In this document: in pieces, positions 1 to 9,062 of the stretch | Position numbering within the stretch: the first letter of the stretch is position 1 | Layout of the letters: each line of letters begins with the position of its first letter | DNA from: a virus | Lineage: Duplodnaviria > Caudoviricetes | Reading direction: 5' to 3' (one strand) | Length of the DNA stretch: 64,000 bases | Virus record (IMG/VR): IMGVR_UViG_3300010366_000012 | Span: 11,012-75,011 of that record | The notes under the pieces: generated by a model | Database searches by the model: none | What the model saw: only the letters and a program-made list of their open reading frames with translations | Told to the model about the DNA's origin: nothing | Program-made: the position numbers and the translations under genes

Positions 1-20
1 CCGCCAGATGTCCCGCACGC

Positions 21-734
21 ATGACCCAGCCCACTCCACCGCAGCAGCCCAGCCAGGCACAAACCGATGCGTCCCTGGCGATTGCGGCTGCCGCAGTGCT
101 GGCCACGGCGATCACGGTGCCCATCGCGGTCACGGCGCTCGCGGGGCTGTTCACCGCGCACAAGATCCACCAGGCCGCACTGCGCGCGGCGCTGTCGGTG
201 GTGATGGGGCATCCCCCGGACCGGGCTGGCTTTCACGGCCCGGCCACCGCGCAGGCCGCCCGGCTCAACCTGATCCGCCGCGCCCAGTTCCTGGTGAACA
301 GCTCGCGGCGGTTCAATGAAGTCCTGGCCCGGATCGCCGCGGGTGCGGCCGACCCCCGGGAGCTGCTTGACCTGATGGAGCGCGAGCGGCGCTACTACGG
401 CCAGCACCTCGAAGCCGGGTGGAACCGGATGAACGCCGCGGCGCAGGCCGACAGCGCTGCCTTGGACTATGGCGCGCTGCTCGGCTGGTACACCGTCCAC
501 GATGCGAGAACCTCGCCCGAATGCCGGGCAGCCGACAAGCACAACTTCCGGGTGGACGCGATGCCCTCGATCGGCTTCCCGGGCGGGGTCCACACGCACT
601 GCAGGTGCATGCCAGGTCCGCCGTTCCCTGGCGCGTCGGTGCTCGGTCCTGCTACGGTCATGGGCCGTGGCAAACGGCCGGTATCTGTTCATCGACCTCA
701 GCACCAGCCCGCCTTCGCTGGTAAGCGCCGATGA
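21..734 (+). CDS. MuF/SPP1 gp7-like head morphogenesis (minor capsid) protein
   Basis: C-terminal GWYTVHDARTSPEC...GGVHTHCRC motif typical of the family; ATGA overlap with an upstream gene ending at 24 (probably portal, outside the window). Confidence 0.8.
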   Translation: MTQPTPPQQPSQAQTDASLAIAAAAVLATAITVPIAVTALAGLFTAHKIHQAALRAALSVVMGHPPDRAGFHGPATAQAARLNLIRRAQFLVNSSRRFNEVLARIAAGAADPRELLDLMERERRYYGQHLEAGWNRMNAAAQADSAALDYGALLGWYTVHDARTSPECRAADKHNFRVDAMPSIGFPGGVHTHCRCMPGPPFPGASVLGPATVMGRGKRPVSVHRPQHQPAFAGKRR

Positions 735-786
735 CATCGTTCCCGCCGCGATCCTTGCGAAGCTGGAAGAGATCAAGGAGCTGATC

Positions 787-1164
787 ATGACTGACGCTGC
801 TGCTGAGCAGGCACAGATCAACACGCTGGCCGACGCGATCAACGTGGTGGCTGCGCACCAGCAGGCTGCGCAAACGCAGATCCAGGCGTACATCGCTGCG
901 CACCCGGATGCCCCGCCTGCCGACCTGACCCCGCTGGTCAGCGCGGTCGCCTCGCTGCAGAACGCCGACACCGGCCTGGCTGCAGTGCTGCCCGCAATGC
1001 CAGATGCCCCTGCTCCCGCAGACCCGATCCCGGCTCCCCCGGACGACCCGTCTGTCCCGGTCGTGGATGCCCCGGTGGACACTGCGCCCACCGACAGCGG
1101 CGCTGCCACTGACGGGACCACCGTGGACACTGGCCCGCCGCCAGATCAGCCAGCTTCTTTCTGA
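787..1164 (+). CDS. hypothetical protein (coiled coil plus acidic Pro-rich tail)
   Basis: AAGGAG 6 nt before ATG 787; 3' part of track ORF 469..1164. Confidence 0.65.
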   Translation: MTDAAAEQAQINTLADAINVVAAHQQAAQTQIQAYIAAHPDAPPADLTPLVSAVASLQNADTGLAAVLPAMPDAPAPADPIPAPPDDPSVPVVDAPVDTAPTDSGAATDGTTVDTGPPPDQPASF

Positions 1165-1249
1165 CTCGCCTCTTGCGGGGCATACTGAACGTGTTCCGCT
1201 CGACTTAGCTGGCTGTCCCCGCCCAGCGCCTCTGCGAGAGGCGGGGATC

Positions 1250-4200
1250 ATGGCACGCCCGGTCGCGCTCACACCGCTGCGGGCTGCTGCCGCGCGGCGG
1301 ATGCGGCGCACCGCCCAGGCGCTGGACGAAGATCACCCTGAGACGATCGCCGGGGATCACCTGCGGGATGCCGCCCGGGTGCTGGAGCGCGGGTCCGCTG
1401 ATGGAGCGAAGCGGCACCTCGATGCCGCGATGCAGCTGCTGACGCCGCAGTCCCTGCTGCGGCACGGCATCCGCGATGACGAGGGCCACGCGACTGCCAA
1501 GCACCACATGCACGAGGTTCACCGGCATCACCTCGCGGTGCAGGACATCGAGGACACGGCGGGCAGCAACGACCGGCTGGCCGCGATGGCCCGTGCCGCC
1601 CGTGGCCAGCCCGAGCCGATGGAGCCGTTCCACCGGCAGCCGCCCGAGCTGCTCCCGGCCATCGCCGCCACTGGTGATCATGGGAATCGCGTGATCGACC
1701 TGAAGGCCACGGCCTGGGAGCGCGAAATGCGCGACCGGTATGGCAAATGGGCCGCCTCCCCCGACTTCGCGCCGATCACCTCGATGTTCGCTCCGGGCGG
1801 GCCGCACGGCTTCCGCGGCCACTCGATCGGATCGCAGCCGGAGAAGGGCTCGGTGTTCGGCCGTCACCTGAGCATGCACGAGGCTCTCGGCGCGGCCGAA
1901 GCGCTCGGCCCGGGACACCCGAAGCAGGTGGCCAGCGCGCAGATGGCCGAGCGGGCGGGCCTCCCGAAGTTCCAGCGCAAGGTGTATGACCTGCTGCGCA
2001 AGCGCGGCCGGGGGCACTACGGCGCGCTAGTCCTGGCGCGGGCGACTACGCCCGATGTGTTCCGGGCGGGCACGTTCGCCAACAGCAGCCCGGCTGTGCA
2101 GCTGGCGTTCTGGGAGCACGAGCGGCGCAACGCGCTCGGGGAGTGGACGACCGGCGCGGACCCGCACCAGGCACCGTTCGGCTCGAACCTGCGGCCGGGC
2201 AGCCTCAACCACCTGCGCGCGATCGAGGATCTGTCCCGGCTGACCGGGTGGAACGCCACTGATGGCCGCCCGTCCTCAGACACCTTGCGCAACTCGCTGC
2301 ACCACCTGGCGCACGCGCTGGCGCTGCGCGACATGAAGTCCGCCCGGGTGCATATGGCATCGGCCCGGTGGGCCGACGAGCACGAGGCGGGCGGCGCGTA
2401 CACGCCTGAGCTGGACGCGATCGAGCGCTCTCTCGGCCTGGTGAACGTCCACCGGTCGGCCAGGTGGATGCGCCGCAGCGGCGGCCACGGGCCACATGCC
2501 TACGGGCGCACCGGCACGCCGCTGGAGCCGACGCGGGGCGCGATGCACGTGCCGGTCACCGAAATGATGTCCAACGCCACCGAGCTAGCCGCCCCGTTCC
2601 GCTACCGGCACGGCTGGATCAAGCTGGAGGATGCGAGCCCGCTGGACGGGCGGGTGGTCATCGCCAAGGCGGCGGGCGGCGGGCGGGTCGCGGGCGTCTA
2701 TGACCACGCGACCCGGACCGTGCAGCCCCGGCACACCAAGCGGCTCCCGGTCACCGCCGTGCGGAAGGCGGGCGAAGTGATGTCTGCAGCCAAGACGCCG
2801 CGCGGCCTGGCGAAGTACCGGGCCGCGTATGGCGCATATGGCCTGGCTACCGAGCTGTCGGCACGGACAGGAGCACTTGGAACGTACACTAAGACGTGGG
2901 TAAATGGGACTACGGCAACCGTCACGCGAGGGCTAGGCGGCACCTCGGCTCGCCGCGCAGCCATCCTTGCGCAGATTGTGGCGGCCAGGCGATCCACTGG
3001 GCTACGATCCACGGCCGGGATGGGGAGAGCCCTGAGGACTATCGGCCGCTCTGCAACCCCTGCCACATCGCCTACGACGGCGGTCACGCTGGCGAGCGCA
3101 ACGGCCGGGCCAGGCTCACTTGGAACGAGGTTGCTGAGATCAGAAGGCGGTACGCGGCAGGAGAGGGTGGCTACAGCACCTTTGCCCGCGAGTACGGGAT
3201 CGCCCGGTCAGCCATTGCGGACATCATCAAGCACCGTCATTGGGTTGTCCGCTAGAACTCCCTTCTTGGAGCGCACGCCCGCGCCGCGGGGCCGCCCTGG
3301 CGGGCCGGGCCTGTATCACGTCCAGGGCATGGGCCACACCGCCTACCTGCAACAGGTGGTCAAGGCGCTGATCGAGAAGCGCGGCATGCGGCCGGACAAG
3401 GCGTATGCGATTGCCCGCGCGGCGATCCGCAAGTGGGCGGCCCGGTCGAGGCATCCCGAGGTGCGCGGCGCGGCGACCCGGGCCGAGGCCGGGGAGATCG
3501 CCCGGCAGGCCCGCGCCAAGGCGCACACCGCGGCTGCCTGGGAAGTGGCGGACGTCCTGATCGAGCTGGCGTGCGAGCCGATCGAGCTTTTCAACCCCTA
3601 CCATGCGCCACCCGGCGCTGGCGGCGGGCAGTTCACCACGCAGCAGGGCGCGGGCCAGGGGCAGGCCAAGGGCAGCAAGGCCCAGCGCCGGGCCAAGCTG
3701 GTCAAGCAGATCGCCAGCCTGCGGCGGCAGATCGCGGCGCTCCGGGCGCAGCTCCCGTCCACCTCGCCGCGCAAGCCTGGCAAGCCTGGCAAGTCCAAGG
3801 GCAGCACCCCGGCCAAGAAAGGCGCGGGCGCGCAGTCTGCCAAGCAGGCCAGGCAGGGCAAGCAGTCGGCTAAGACCGCGGCGCGCAAGACCGCCTCGGT
3901 GGCCACGATCCATGCCAAGATCGCCGCGCTGCGGGCCGAGCTGCAGGCCGACATCGCCGCGCTGCGGAAGCTGGCCAACGACCAGCCCGCGATCGAGCTG
4001 ATCGGGGACGGCCACGGGCACCACATCCCCGGCACGCCGGACGTCTACAGCCACGGCTGGCGGCCACTGGCCGGGACCACGATCGGGCCTAAGGGCATCC
4101 GCATTCCGGGCAGTGGCGGTGGTCCCCCAAAAGTCGCTAGCGCGGGACGGGTGCGCGCCGCGGTCAAGGCCGCCCGCATCACCAGGCCCGCGGTCACCCC

Positions 4201-4984
4201 GGCTGCCACCGCACCGGCCGCGCCCAAGCCCTCTGCGGGCGGGACCGCTGGCCTGGCTGCCGCGATGTCCTCTGGCGTGAAGAGCCGCAAGGAGCCCGGG
4301 AAGGCGTCGGTCAGCGGGTCGCAGGGCCTGCAGGGCGGCACCGAGATCGTCACGTTCAACAACGGCGCTCAGTTCGTCCACAAGGACTACAAGTACCTGC
4401 CGCTTCCCCCGGGCCTCCAGCAACTGCAGGCGCAGAAGGAGGTGCTGGCTGCCAAGATCTCCAAGGCCCTCGGCGCGGGAGCGCCGGACATCATCCCCGA
4501 TCCGGGCGGCAGCCCGACCAGTTTCTACATGGCGAAGATCGAGGGAGTCTCCGGCATGGAGAAGTTCAATGGCCCGGCCAGTGGCCTCCAGGGTTCCGAC
4601 GCGGCGGCAGCGGAGAAGTTCTTCAACTCCCCCGAGGGCAAGAAGATCGGGCTGCTGGACATGATCATCGGGCATGCCGACCGGCACCTGGGCAACGTCA
4701 TGGTCACCCCGGACGGCAAGCCAGTCCCGATCGACCACAATGACACCTGGGGCGCGGTGGACCTGAACGGCAACATGGTCACCACCAGCCCGTTTGCCGC
4801 CGAGCTAGAGAAGCAGATGAAGGCGGGCAACAGCCCGTTCAGCGTGGATGACATCGACCGGATCACCGCGCAGGTCAAGGCGCTCCAGCCCGAGTTCGGC
4901 AAGCTGAACTTCGACGCCGGGTCCAGCTACTACAGCATGACGATGAGTGAGCTGGCCCGGATCAGGAAGCTGGTGGCGAAGTGA
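1250..4984 (+). CDS. head-associated polyprotein 1 with C-terminal PI3/4-kinase/HipA-like kinase domain
   Basis: ATG 1250 in frame with track ORF; kinase motifs FVHK, KEVLAAKISKALG, DMIIGHADRHLGNVM..PIDH; repeated [VI][DE]L module boundaries. Confidence 0.75.
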   Translation: MARPVALTPLRAAAARRMRRTAQALDEDHPETIAGDHLRDAARVLERGSADGAKRHLDAAMQLLTPQSLLRHGIRDDEGHATAKHHMHEVHRHHLAVQDIEDTAGSNDRLAAMARAARGQPEPMEPFHRQPPELLPAIAATGDHGNRVIDLKATAWEREMRDRYGKWAASPDFAPITSMFAPGGPHGFRGHSIGSQPEKGSVFGRHLSMHEALGAAEALGPGHPKQVASAQMAERAGLPKFQRKVYDLLRKRGRGHYGALVLARATTPDVFRAGTFANSSPAVQLAFWEHERRNALGEWTTGADPHQAPFGSNLRPGSLNHLRAIEDLSRLTGWNATDGRPSSDTLRNSLHHLAHALALRDMKSARVHMASARWADEHEAGGAYTPELDAIERSLGLVNVHRSARWMRRSGGHGPHAYGRTGTPLEPTRGAMHVPVTEMMSNATELAAPFRYRHGWIKLEDASPLDGRVVIAKAAGGGRVAGVYDHATRTVQPRHTKRLPVTAVRKAGEVMSAAKTPRGLAKYRAAYGAYGLATELSARTGALGTYTKTWVNGTTATVTRGLGGTSARRAAILAQIVAARRSTGLRSTAGMGRALRTIGRSATPATSPTTAVTLASATAGPGSLGTRLLRSEGGTRQERVATAPLPASTGSPGQPLRTSSSTVIGLSARTPFLERTPAPRGRPGGPGLYHVQGMGHTAYLQQVVKALIEKRGMRPDKAYAIARAAIRKWAARSRHPEVRGAATRAEAGEIARQARAKAHTAAAWEVADVLIELACEPIELFNPYHAPPGAGGGQFTTQQGAGQGQAKGSKAQRRAKLVKQIASLRRQIAALRAQLPSTSPRKPGKPGKSKGSTPAKKGAGAQSAKQARQGKQSAKTAARKTASVATIHAKIAALRAELQADIAALRKLANDQPAIELIGDGHGHHIPGTPDVYSHGWRPLAGTTIGPKGIRIPGSGGGPPKVASAGRVRAAVKAARITRPAVTPAATAPAAPKPSAGGTAGLAAAMSSGVKSRKEPGKASVSGSQGLQGGTEIVTFNNGAQFVHKDYKYLPLPPGLQQLQAQKEVLAAKISKALGAGAPDIIPDPGGSPTSFYMAKIEGVSGMEKFNGPASGLQGSDAAAAEKFFNSPEGKKIGLLDMIIGHADRHLGNVMVTPDGKPVPIDHNDTWGAVDLNGNMVTTSPFAAELEKQMKAGNSPFSVDDIDRITAQVKALQPEFGKLNFDAGSSYYSMTMSELARIRKLVAK
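2896..3255 (+). mobile_element. HNH homing endonuclease with C-terminal HTH DNA-binding module, overprinted on polyprotein 1
   Basis: CADC..H..LCNPCH..YD plus GERNGRARLTWNEVAEIRR; lies in a 390-bp segment flanked by a duplicated LSART peptide. Confidence 0.8.
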
Positions 4985-5178
4985 TCGAGATCCACAGCGA
5001 GCGCGGAAAGATCGGGGAGGTTGACCTGAAGGGCGGCAAGCTGACCGGATCGACTCAGGGTATCCAGCACGTCTGCGATCACATGGTTGCCAAGCACGGC
5101 GGGCACGCCGAGGCGTTCAAGGCGATGGCCAGCCTCAACAACGGATACGTGTGGGCCAGTGGCGCTGCAGCTCAGTGA
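4981..5178 (+). CDS. small protein, paralog A (candidate kinase immunity protein)
   Basis: GTGA overlap with polyprotein 1 stop; similar to the next gene (G.V.L..G.LTG...L.NGYV.AS). Confidence 0.75.
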   Translation: MIEIHSERGKIGEVDLKGGKLTGSTQGIQHVCDHMVAKHGGHAEAFKAMASLNNGYVWASGAAAQ

Positions 5179-5347
5179 CAAGGAGGGCGTGCTCGGCCAC
5201 GTCTGGCTGCAGGATGGCCAGCTGACCGGGGACAACCCGTCTGCGCAGCAGCTGGCGGACAAGTATCAGGCCAGGTACGGCGCTGACGCTTACGCCGAGC
5301 TGGCGAAGCTGGACAACGGATACGTGCGGGCCAGTGAATATCAGTGA
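5159..5347 (+). CDS. small protein, paralog B (candidate kinase immunity protein)
   Basis: GTG 5159; aligns end to end with 4981..5178; shared DNA ACAACGGATACGTG. Confidence 0.75.
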   Translation: MALQLSDKEGVLGHVWLQDGQLTGDNPSAQQLADKYQARYGADAYAELAKLDNGYVRASEYQ

Positions 5348-8300
5348 CCAGGTTGACCTGGCAGCCTGGACGCACGAGCGCCGGGTGCCCAAGGGCATGC
5401 CTGGCGCTGGGCGGTGGATCAGGGGCGGGCCGGGCATCTTCCGGGTGGCCGGGTTCGAGCCGGGCGTGGCCAAGCCCGAGGTGGGCGACAAGGTGGTGGG
5501 GGAGGGGCCTGGCGATCTCCCCGGCCTGCTGCTCGGGCACGTGGTGGCACGGGTGGGCCTGGTGGCCGCGGTGGACGCCGACGACGGGCACCGCTACCAG
5601 TTCGACTGGACGAGCGGCAAGGTGGTCGGGGACCGCGTGCCACTGTCGCGGGCGATGCCCGCCGAGCAGCTGCGCCAGGCGGGCCAGCACGAGGCGGCAT
5701 TGCGCGAGCGGCAGCACAACTTCCGCAGGCAGGCCAACGCCACCTGGACGGTAGATGAGAAGGGCTCGATCGTCCACCACGCGCATGCGCCGCAATCCCT
5801 GGTGGACCGGGTGTCAAGGTTCCGCGCCAAGATCCGCGCGCAGGCTGGGGCTGACGTCAGCCCGCCCCCTCATCACGCCCCCGGTGTCTCGGCGGGTGTG
5901 CGGGCGCTCCGGCAGGCCCGCGAGCGGGAGAAGGCCGCGATCATTTCGGTGGAGCGTGACCCGCATCCGCCCAACCCGCTCGCGCCGTGGCTGGTGAAGG
6001 CCGCGGACCTCAGCGAGTGGCACGTCGATGACCGCGAGGCGGGCCGCCTGCACAAGATGCTCCGCGAGCGCGAGGGCCTGCACTACACCGCCCCGGGCAC
6101 TGAGATCGCCCCCGGCGTCAAGCAGTACATGCTGCCGGGCACCGAGAAGCTGCAGCCCACCACCGAGTACGGCCAGAACAGCCCCCCGGTGAAAGAGCTG
6201 CGCTCGGTGATCACGCTGGGCGAGCTGGAGCGGGCCAAGATGCTGCCCGAGGACCAGCCCGAGCAGGGCATCCAGGGCGTGACCCGCATCCTCACCCTGC
6301 CGGACTACGGCGAGGGCGTGCGGAAGGTCGTGGTCAAGGACCAGGCCCCGGAGCGCAACGACCGCGAAGAGCTGTCCTACTACGTCAGCCAGGCGCTCGG
6401 CGGCGGGTCCGGCCTGCCCACGGTGGTGCGCTACCCGGGCAACCCGGGCCGGATCGTGGAAGATGTGGTGCCCGGACGGCCTGCCGCCCGCTATGCGATG
6501 GATGCAGTGACCCCGGGCGGCGACTGGGGGCCGAATTACGACGAGCAGAGCGTGCTGGACGAGATCGCCTACAGCCCGACCGGCCAGGAGATCGGGCTGC
6601 TGGACTACCTGACCGGCAACTATGACCGGCACGACTACAACTACCTGATTGACGAGCAGGGCGTCCCGCACCCGATTGACATGGGCATGGCGCAGTTCGA
6701 CGGCGGCACTGATAGCCCGTTCTGGGAGGGCGAAGAGGGCCAGGTGCCCGCCGAGGTGGTCGATGAATGGGCAGCCGAGCTGGCGAAGATCGAGCCCGAG
6801 TTCCGCCGCCTCGGGCATGAGGACTGGTACGTGGTGATGATGGATGCCCTGTCCCGCCTGGCCGAGTCCAGCGAGTATTCGATCGGTGCGCAGCTCGGCG
6901 TGATCGAGCTGACCCGCAGCCCGGCCTGGCTGCACGAGCTGCGCATCCCCAAGGGCAGGCCGCACGCCGGGGAGTGGGTTCATTCCCCGTCCGATGTGCC
7001 GGGCAAGGGCCTGGACCGCTACAAGATGCCCCCGCACTCCCGGCTGCTCAACCCCCGGGCCGACGTCGAAGATCCGGCCGATTACCCATTCTTCAAGAAG
7101 CACCCGGTCAGCGTGCAGAACGTGCTCGATGCCTACGACGCGGTGCCCGAGCAGACGCGCAAGGAGGGCATGAAGTGGTACTCCGACGCGCACCTGCTGG
7201 CCAGGGCGATCGGGATGCTCGGCGGCGGTCACGGGGATGACAGGCAGAACGCCGAGCTGGGCGCGATCCTGCTGGGCAACTACAGCAGCTCGGCTAACTG
7301 GCCGATCAACATGTTCCGCGCGGCGCGGGCGTCGGATGAGAACAAGCCGATCGCCAAGGGCGACGGGTATGTGTCCCAGGACCAGGTGAAGAAGGCCCAG
7401 AAGGCCCTGGACGGCATGAGCATTGATGACGTCCTGATCAGCCCCAAGACACGCAGCTTCGCCCACCTGCTGGCCACGGGCGATGACTCACCCGACGACC
7501 CCTACGGGCACGTGGTGATCGACGCGCATGCGCTGAACGTGGCGATGGGCGGCGGGGAGCGCGGGCTGACCTACGTCCGGGGCAAGAAGCAGCAGGAGCT
7601 GCCGCCCGAGGACACCCCGCCGCTCGATGACGCCCGCGCGCACGAGTATGTCGGGGACATGTACCGGGAGGCCGCCCGGATCATCAGCAAGCGGGACGGG
7701 CAGCTGATCACCCCCTACCAGGTGCAGGCGGTCACCTGGGTCCAGCAGGTGCTGGCCAACATGGCCCTGGACAAGGCGGAAATGGAGGGCGCTGAGGGTG
7801 GCGTGCTGGGCCGGGCCAAGGGCCGGTTGTCGGCCAAGGCCAAGGACTGGCAGCGCTGGCTGGCCTATGCCAAGGCACACAATCTGCAGCTGGTGCCCGG
7901 CGTGTCGGCGCTGGCGCACGAGGCGATGATGGCGCAGCTGATCGAGCTGATCGGGGAGGACGCCATCTACAGCCAGGTGATCGAGCTGGACTTCAACCCG
8001 GGCCAGCCGCGCGGGCCGGACGGGAAGTGGATCAAGATTGGGGGGCTCACGGCGCTCGACCCGTTCTACAACGAGCTGCCCGAGTCCGGGCACCGCGGCA
8101 CCGTCCGGGTCAAGGGCACGCTCGGGCCGGGCGGGCTGGGCCGCGAGCGCGAGGACGCCGAGCGGCTGGCTGCCTACCGCGAGCAGCAGTACCAGGCGAC
8201 GAAGGTGCAACGGCAGCGGCAGCACGCCTACCCGGAGATCGGGCCGGAGAATGCCCGGGGCAACAGCAGGCCGGTCAGCCCCGAAGAGTTCCAGCACCTC

Positions 8301-8918
8301 GCCTCGCTCGGCAACCAGTGGATCGACCAGGCCAAAGATCACCGCGCCCCGATCATCGGCCTCGAAGGCCCGGAGTGGGATGCAGTCAAGGCGCGCAGCT
8401 ACGGCGAGGTGACCAAGAGCTGGGGCGGCGCGACGATCGACACCGACACCGGCAAGCCGCTGGCCCATGATGCTGACGTGTACGCAATCAGCGTCAAGCC
8501 CCGCGGGATGTACACCGTCTCGGTCCCCGAGTCGGCCACGGCCGAAGAGTTCGGCCGGGCGATGGACCGGGCCAAGGAGCTGTTCCGCCCGGCGCTGGAG
8601 CGGCGCGGATTCTACCTCGGCGTGTTCCACGACGATGACGAGGGCCGGATCGACATCGACCCGGTGGCCATCGTGGACTCGATCCCGCTGGTCGAGCAGG
8701 TCGGCGCGTACACCCGGGCGATTGGCGGCGCATACCATTTCAAGAGCGGCGACGGGTTCTGGCCGCCGCACGTCGAGCAGGGCGCGAGCATGGCAGACGA
8801 CGACACTCACTTCGAGCACGGGTATGCCCAGTGGCACACCCAGGCGGTGGCCGTGCAGGAGCCCGAGCCGGACGAGCCGGGCATCGCGGAGCAGCTGGGC
8901 GAAATCGGGCAGATGTAA
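5334..8918 (+). CDS. head-associated polyprotein 2: PI3/4-kinase-like domain, glycosylase-like domain, C-terminal SAM-lyase-like domain
   Basis: DYLTGNYDRHDYNYL..PIDMG; GMKWY..A / PKTRSF / VVIDAH; YLGVFHD...IDID. Confidence 0.7.
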   Translation: MNISDQVDLAAWTHERRVPKGMPGAGRWIRGGPGIFRVAGFEPGVAKPEVGDKVVGEGPGDLPGLLLGHVVARVGLVAAVDADDGHRYQFDWTSGKVVGDRVPLSRAMPAEQLRQAGQHEAALRERQHNFRRQANATWTVDEKGSIVHHAHAPQSLVDRVSRFRAKIRAQAGADVSPPPHHAPGVSAGVRALRQAREREKAAIISVERDPHPPNPLAPWLVKAADLSEWHVDDREAGRLHKMLREREGLHYTAPGTEIAPGVKQYMLPGTEKLQPTTEYGQNSPPVKELRSVITLGELERAKMLPEDQPEQGIQGVTRILTLPDYGEGVRKVVVKDQAPERNDREELSYYVSQALGGGSGLPTVVRYPGNPGRIVEDVVPGRPAARYAMDAVTPGGDWGPNYDEQSVLDEIAYSPTGQEIGLLDYLTGNYDRHDYNYLIDEQGVPHPIDMGMAQFDGGTDSPFWEGEEGQVPAEVVDEWAAELAKIEPEFRRLGHEDWYVVMMDALSRLAESSEYSIGAQLGVIELTRSPAWLHELRIPKGRPHAGEWVHSPSDVPGKGLDRYKMPPHSRLLNPRADVEDPADYPFFKKHPVSVQNVLDAYDAVPEQTRKEGMKWYSDAHLLARAIGMLGGGHGDDRQNAELGAILLGNYSSSANWPINMFRAARASDENKPIAKGDGYVSQDQVKKAQKALDGMSIDDVLISPKTRSFAHLLATGDDSPDDPYGHVVIDAHALNVAMGGGERGLTYVRGKKQQELPPEDTPPLDDARAHEYVGDMYREAARIISKRDGQLITPYQVQAVTWVQQVLANMALDKAEMEGAEGGVLGRAKGRLSAKAKDWQRWLAYAKAHNLQLVPGVSALAHEAMMAQLIELIGEDAIYSQVIELDFNPGQPRGPDGKWIKIGGLTALDPFYNELPESGHRGTVRVKGTLGPGGLGREREDAERLAAYREQQYQATKVQRQRQHAYPEIGPENARGNSRPVSPEEFQHLASLGNQWIDQAKDHRAPIIGLEGPEWDAVKARSYGEVTKSWGGATIDTDTGKPLAHDADVYAISVKPRGMYTVSVPESATAEEFGRAMDRAKELFRPALERRGFYLGVFHDDDEGRIDIDPVAIVDSIPLVEQVGAYTRAIGGAYHFKSGDGFWPPHVEQGASMADDDTHFEHGYAQWHTQAVAVQEPEPDEPGIAEQLGEIGQM

Positions 8919-9062
8919 GTACAGGTAACAGCTGTAAGTACAGGCACTTAATCCCCGGATGCCCTATCCGCCACGCCTTTCCAGCGCGTAGCATGCCGAG
9001 CTAGACGAGTCTGGCGCGCATGTCCCCGCGCGTGCCGGTCCATTAGTGACCGGAGGCGGGGA

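Noticed and set aside
2855-3259. Group I intron or intein explanation for the HNH insert
   Set aside because: The HNH ORF fills nearly the whole 390 bp, leaving no room for a ribozyme core; no intein N-terminal Cys/Ser block or C-terminal His-Asn in the host frame.
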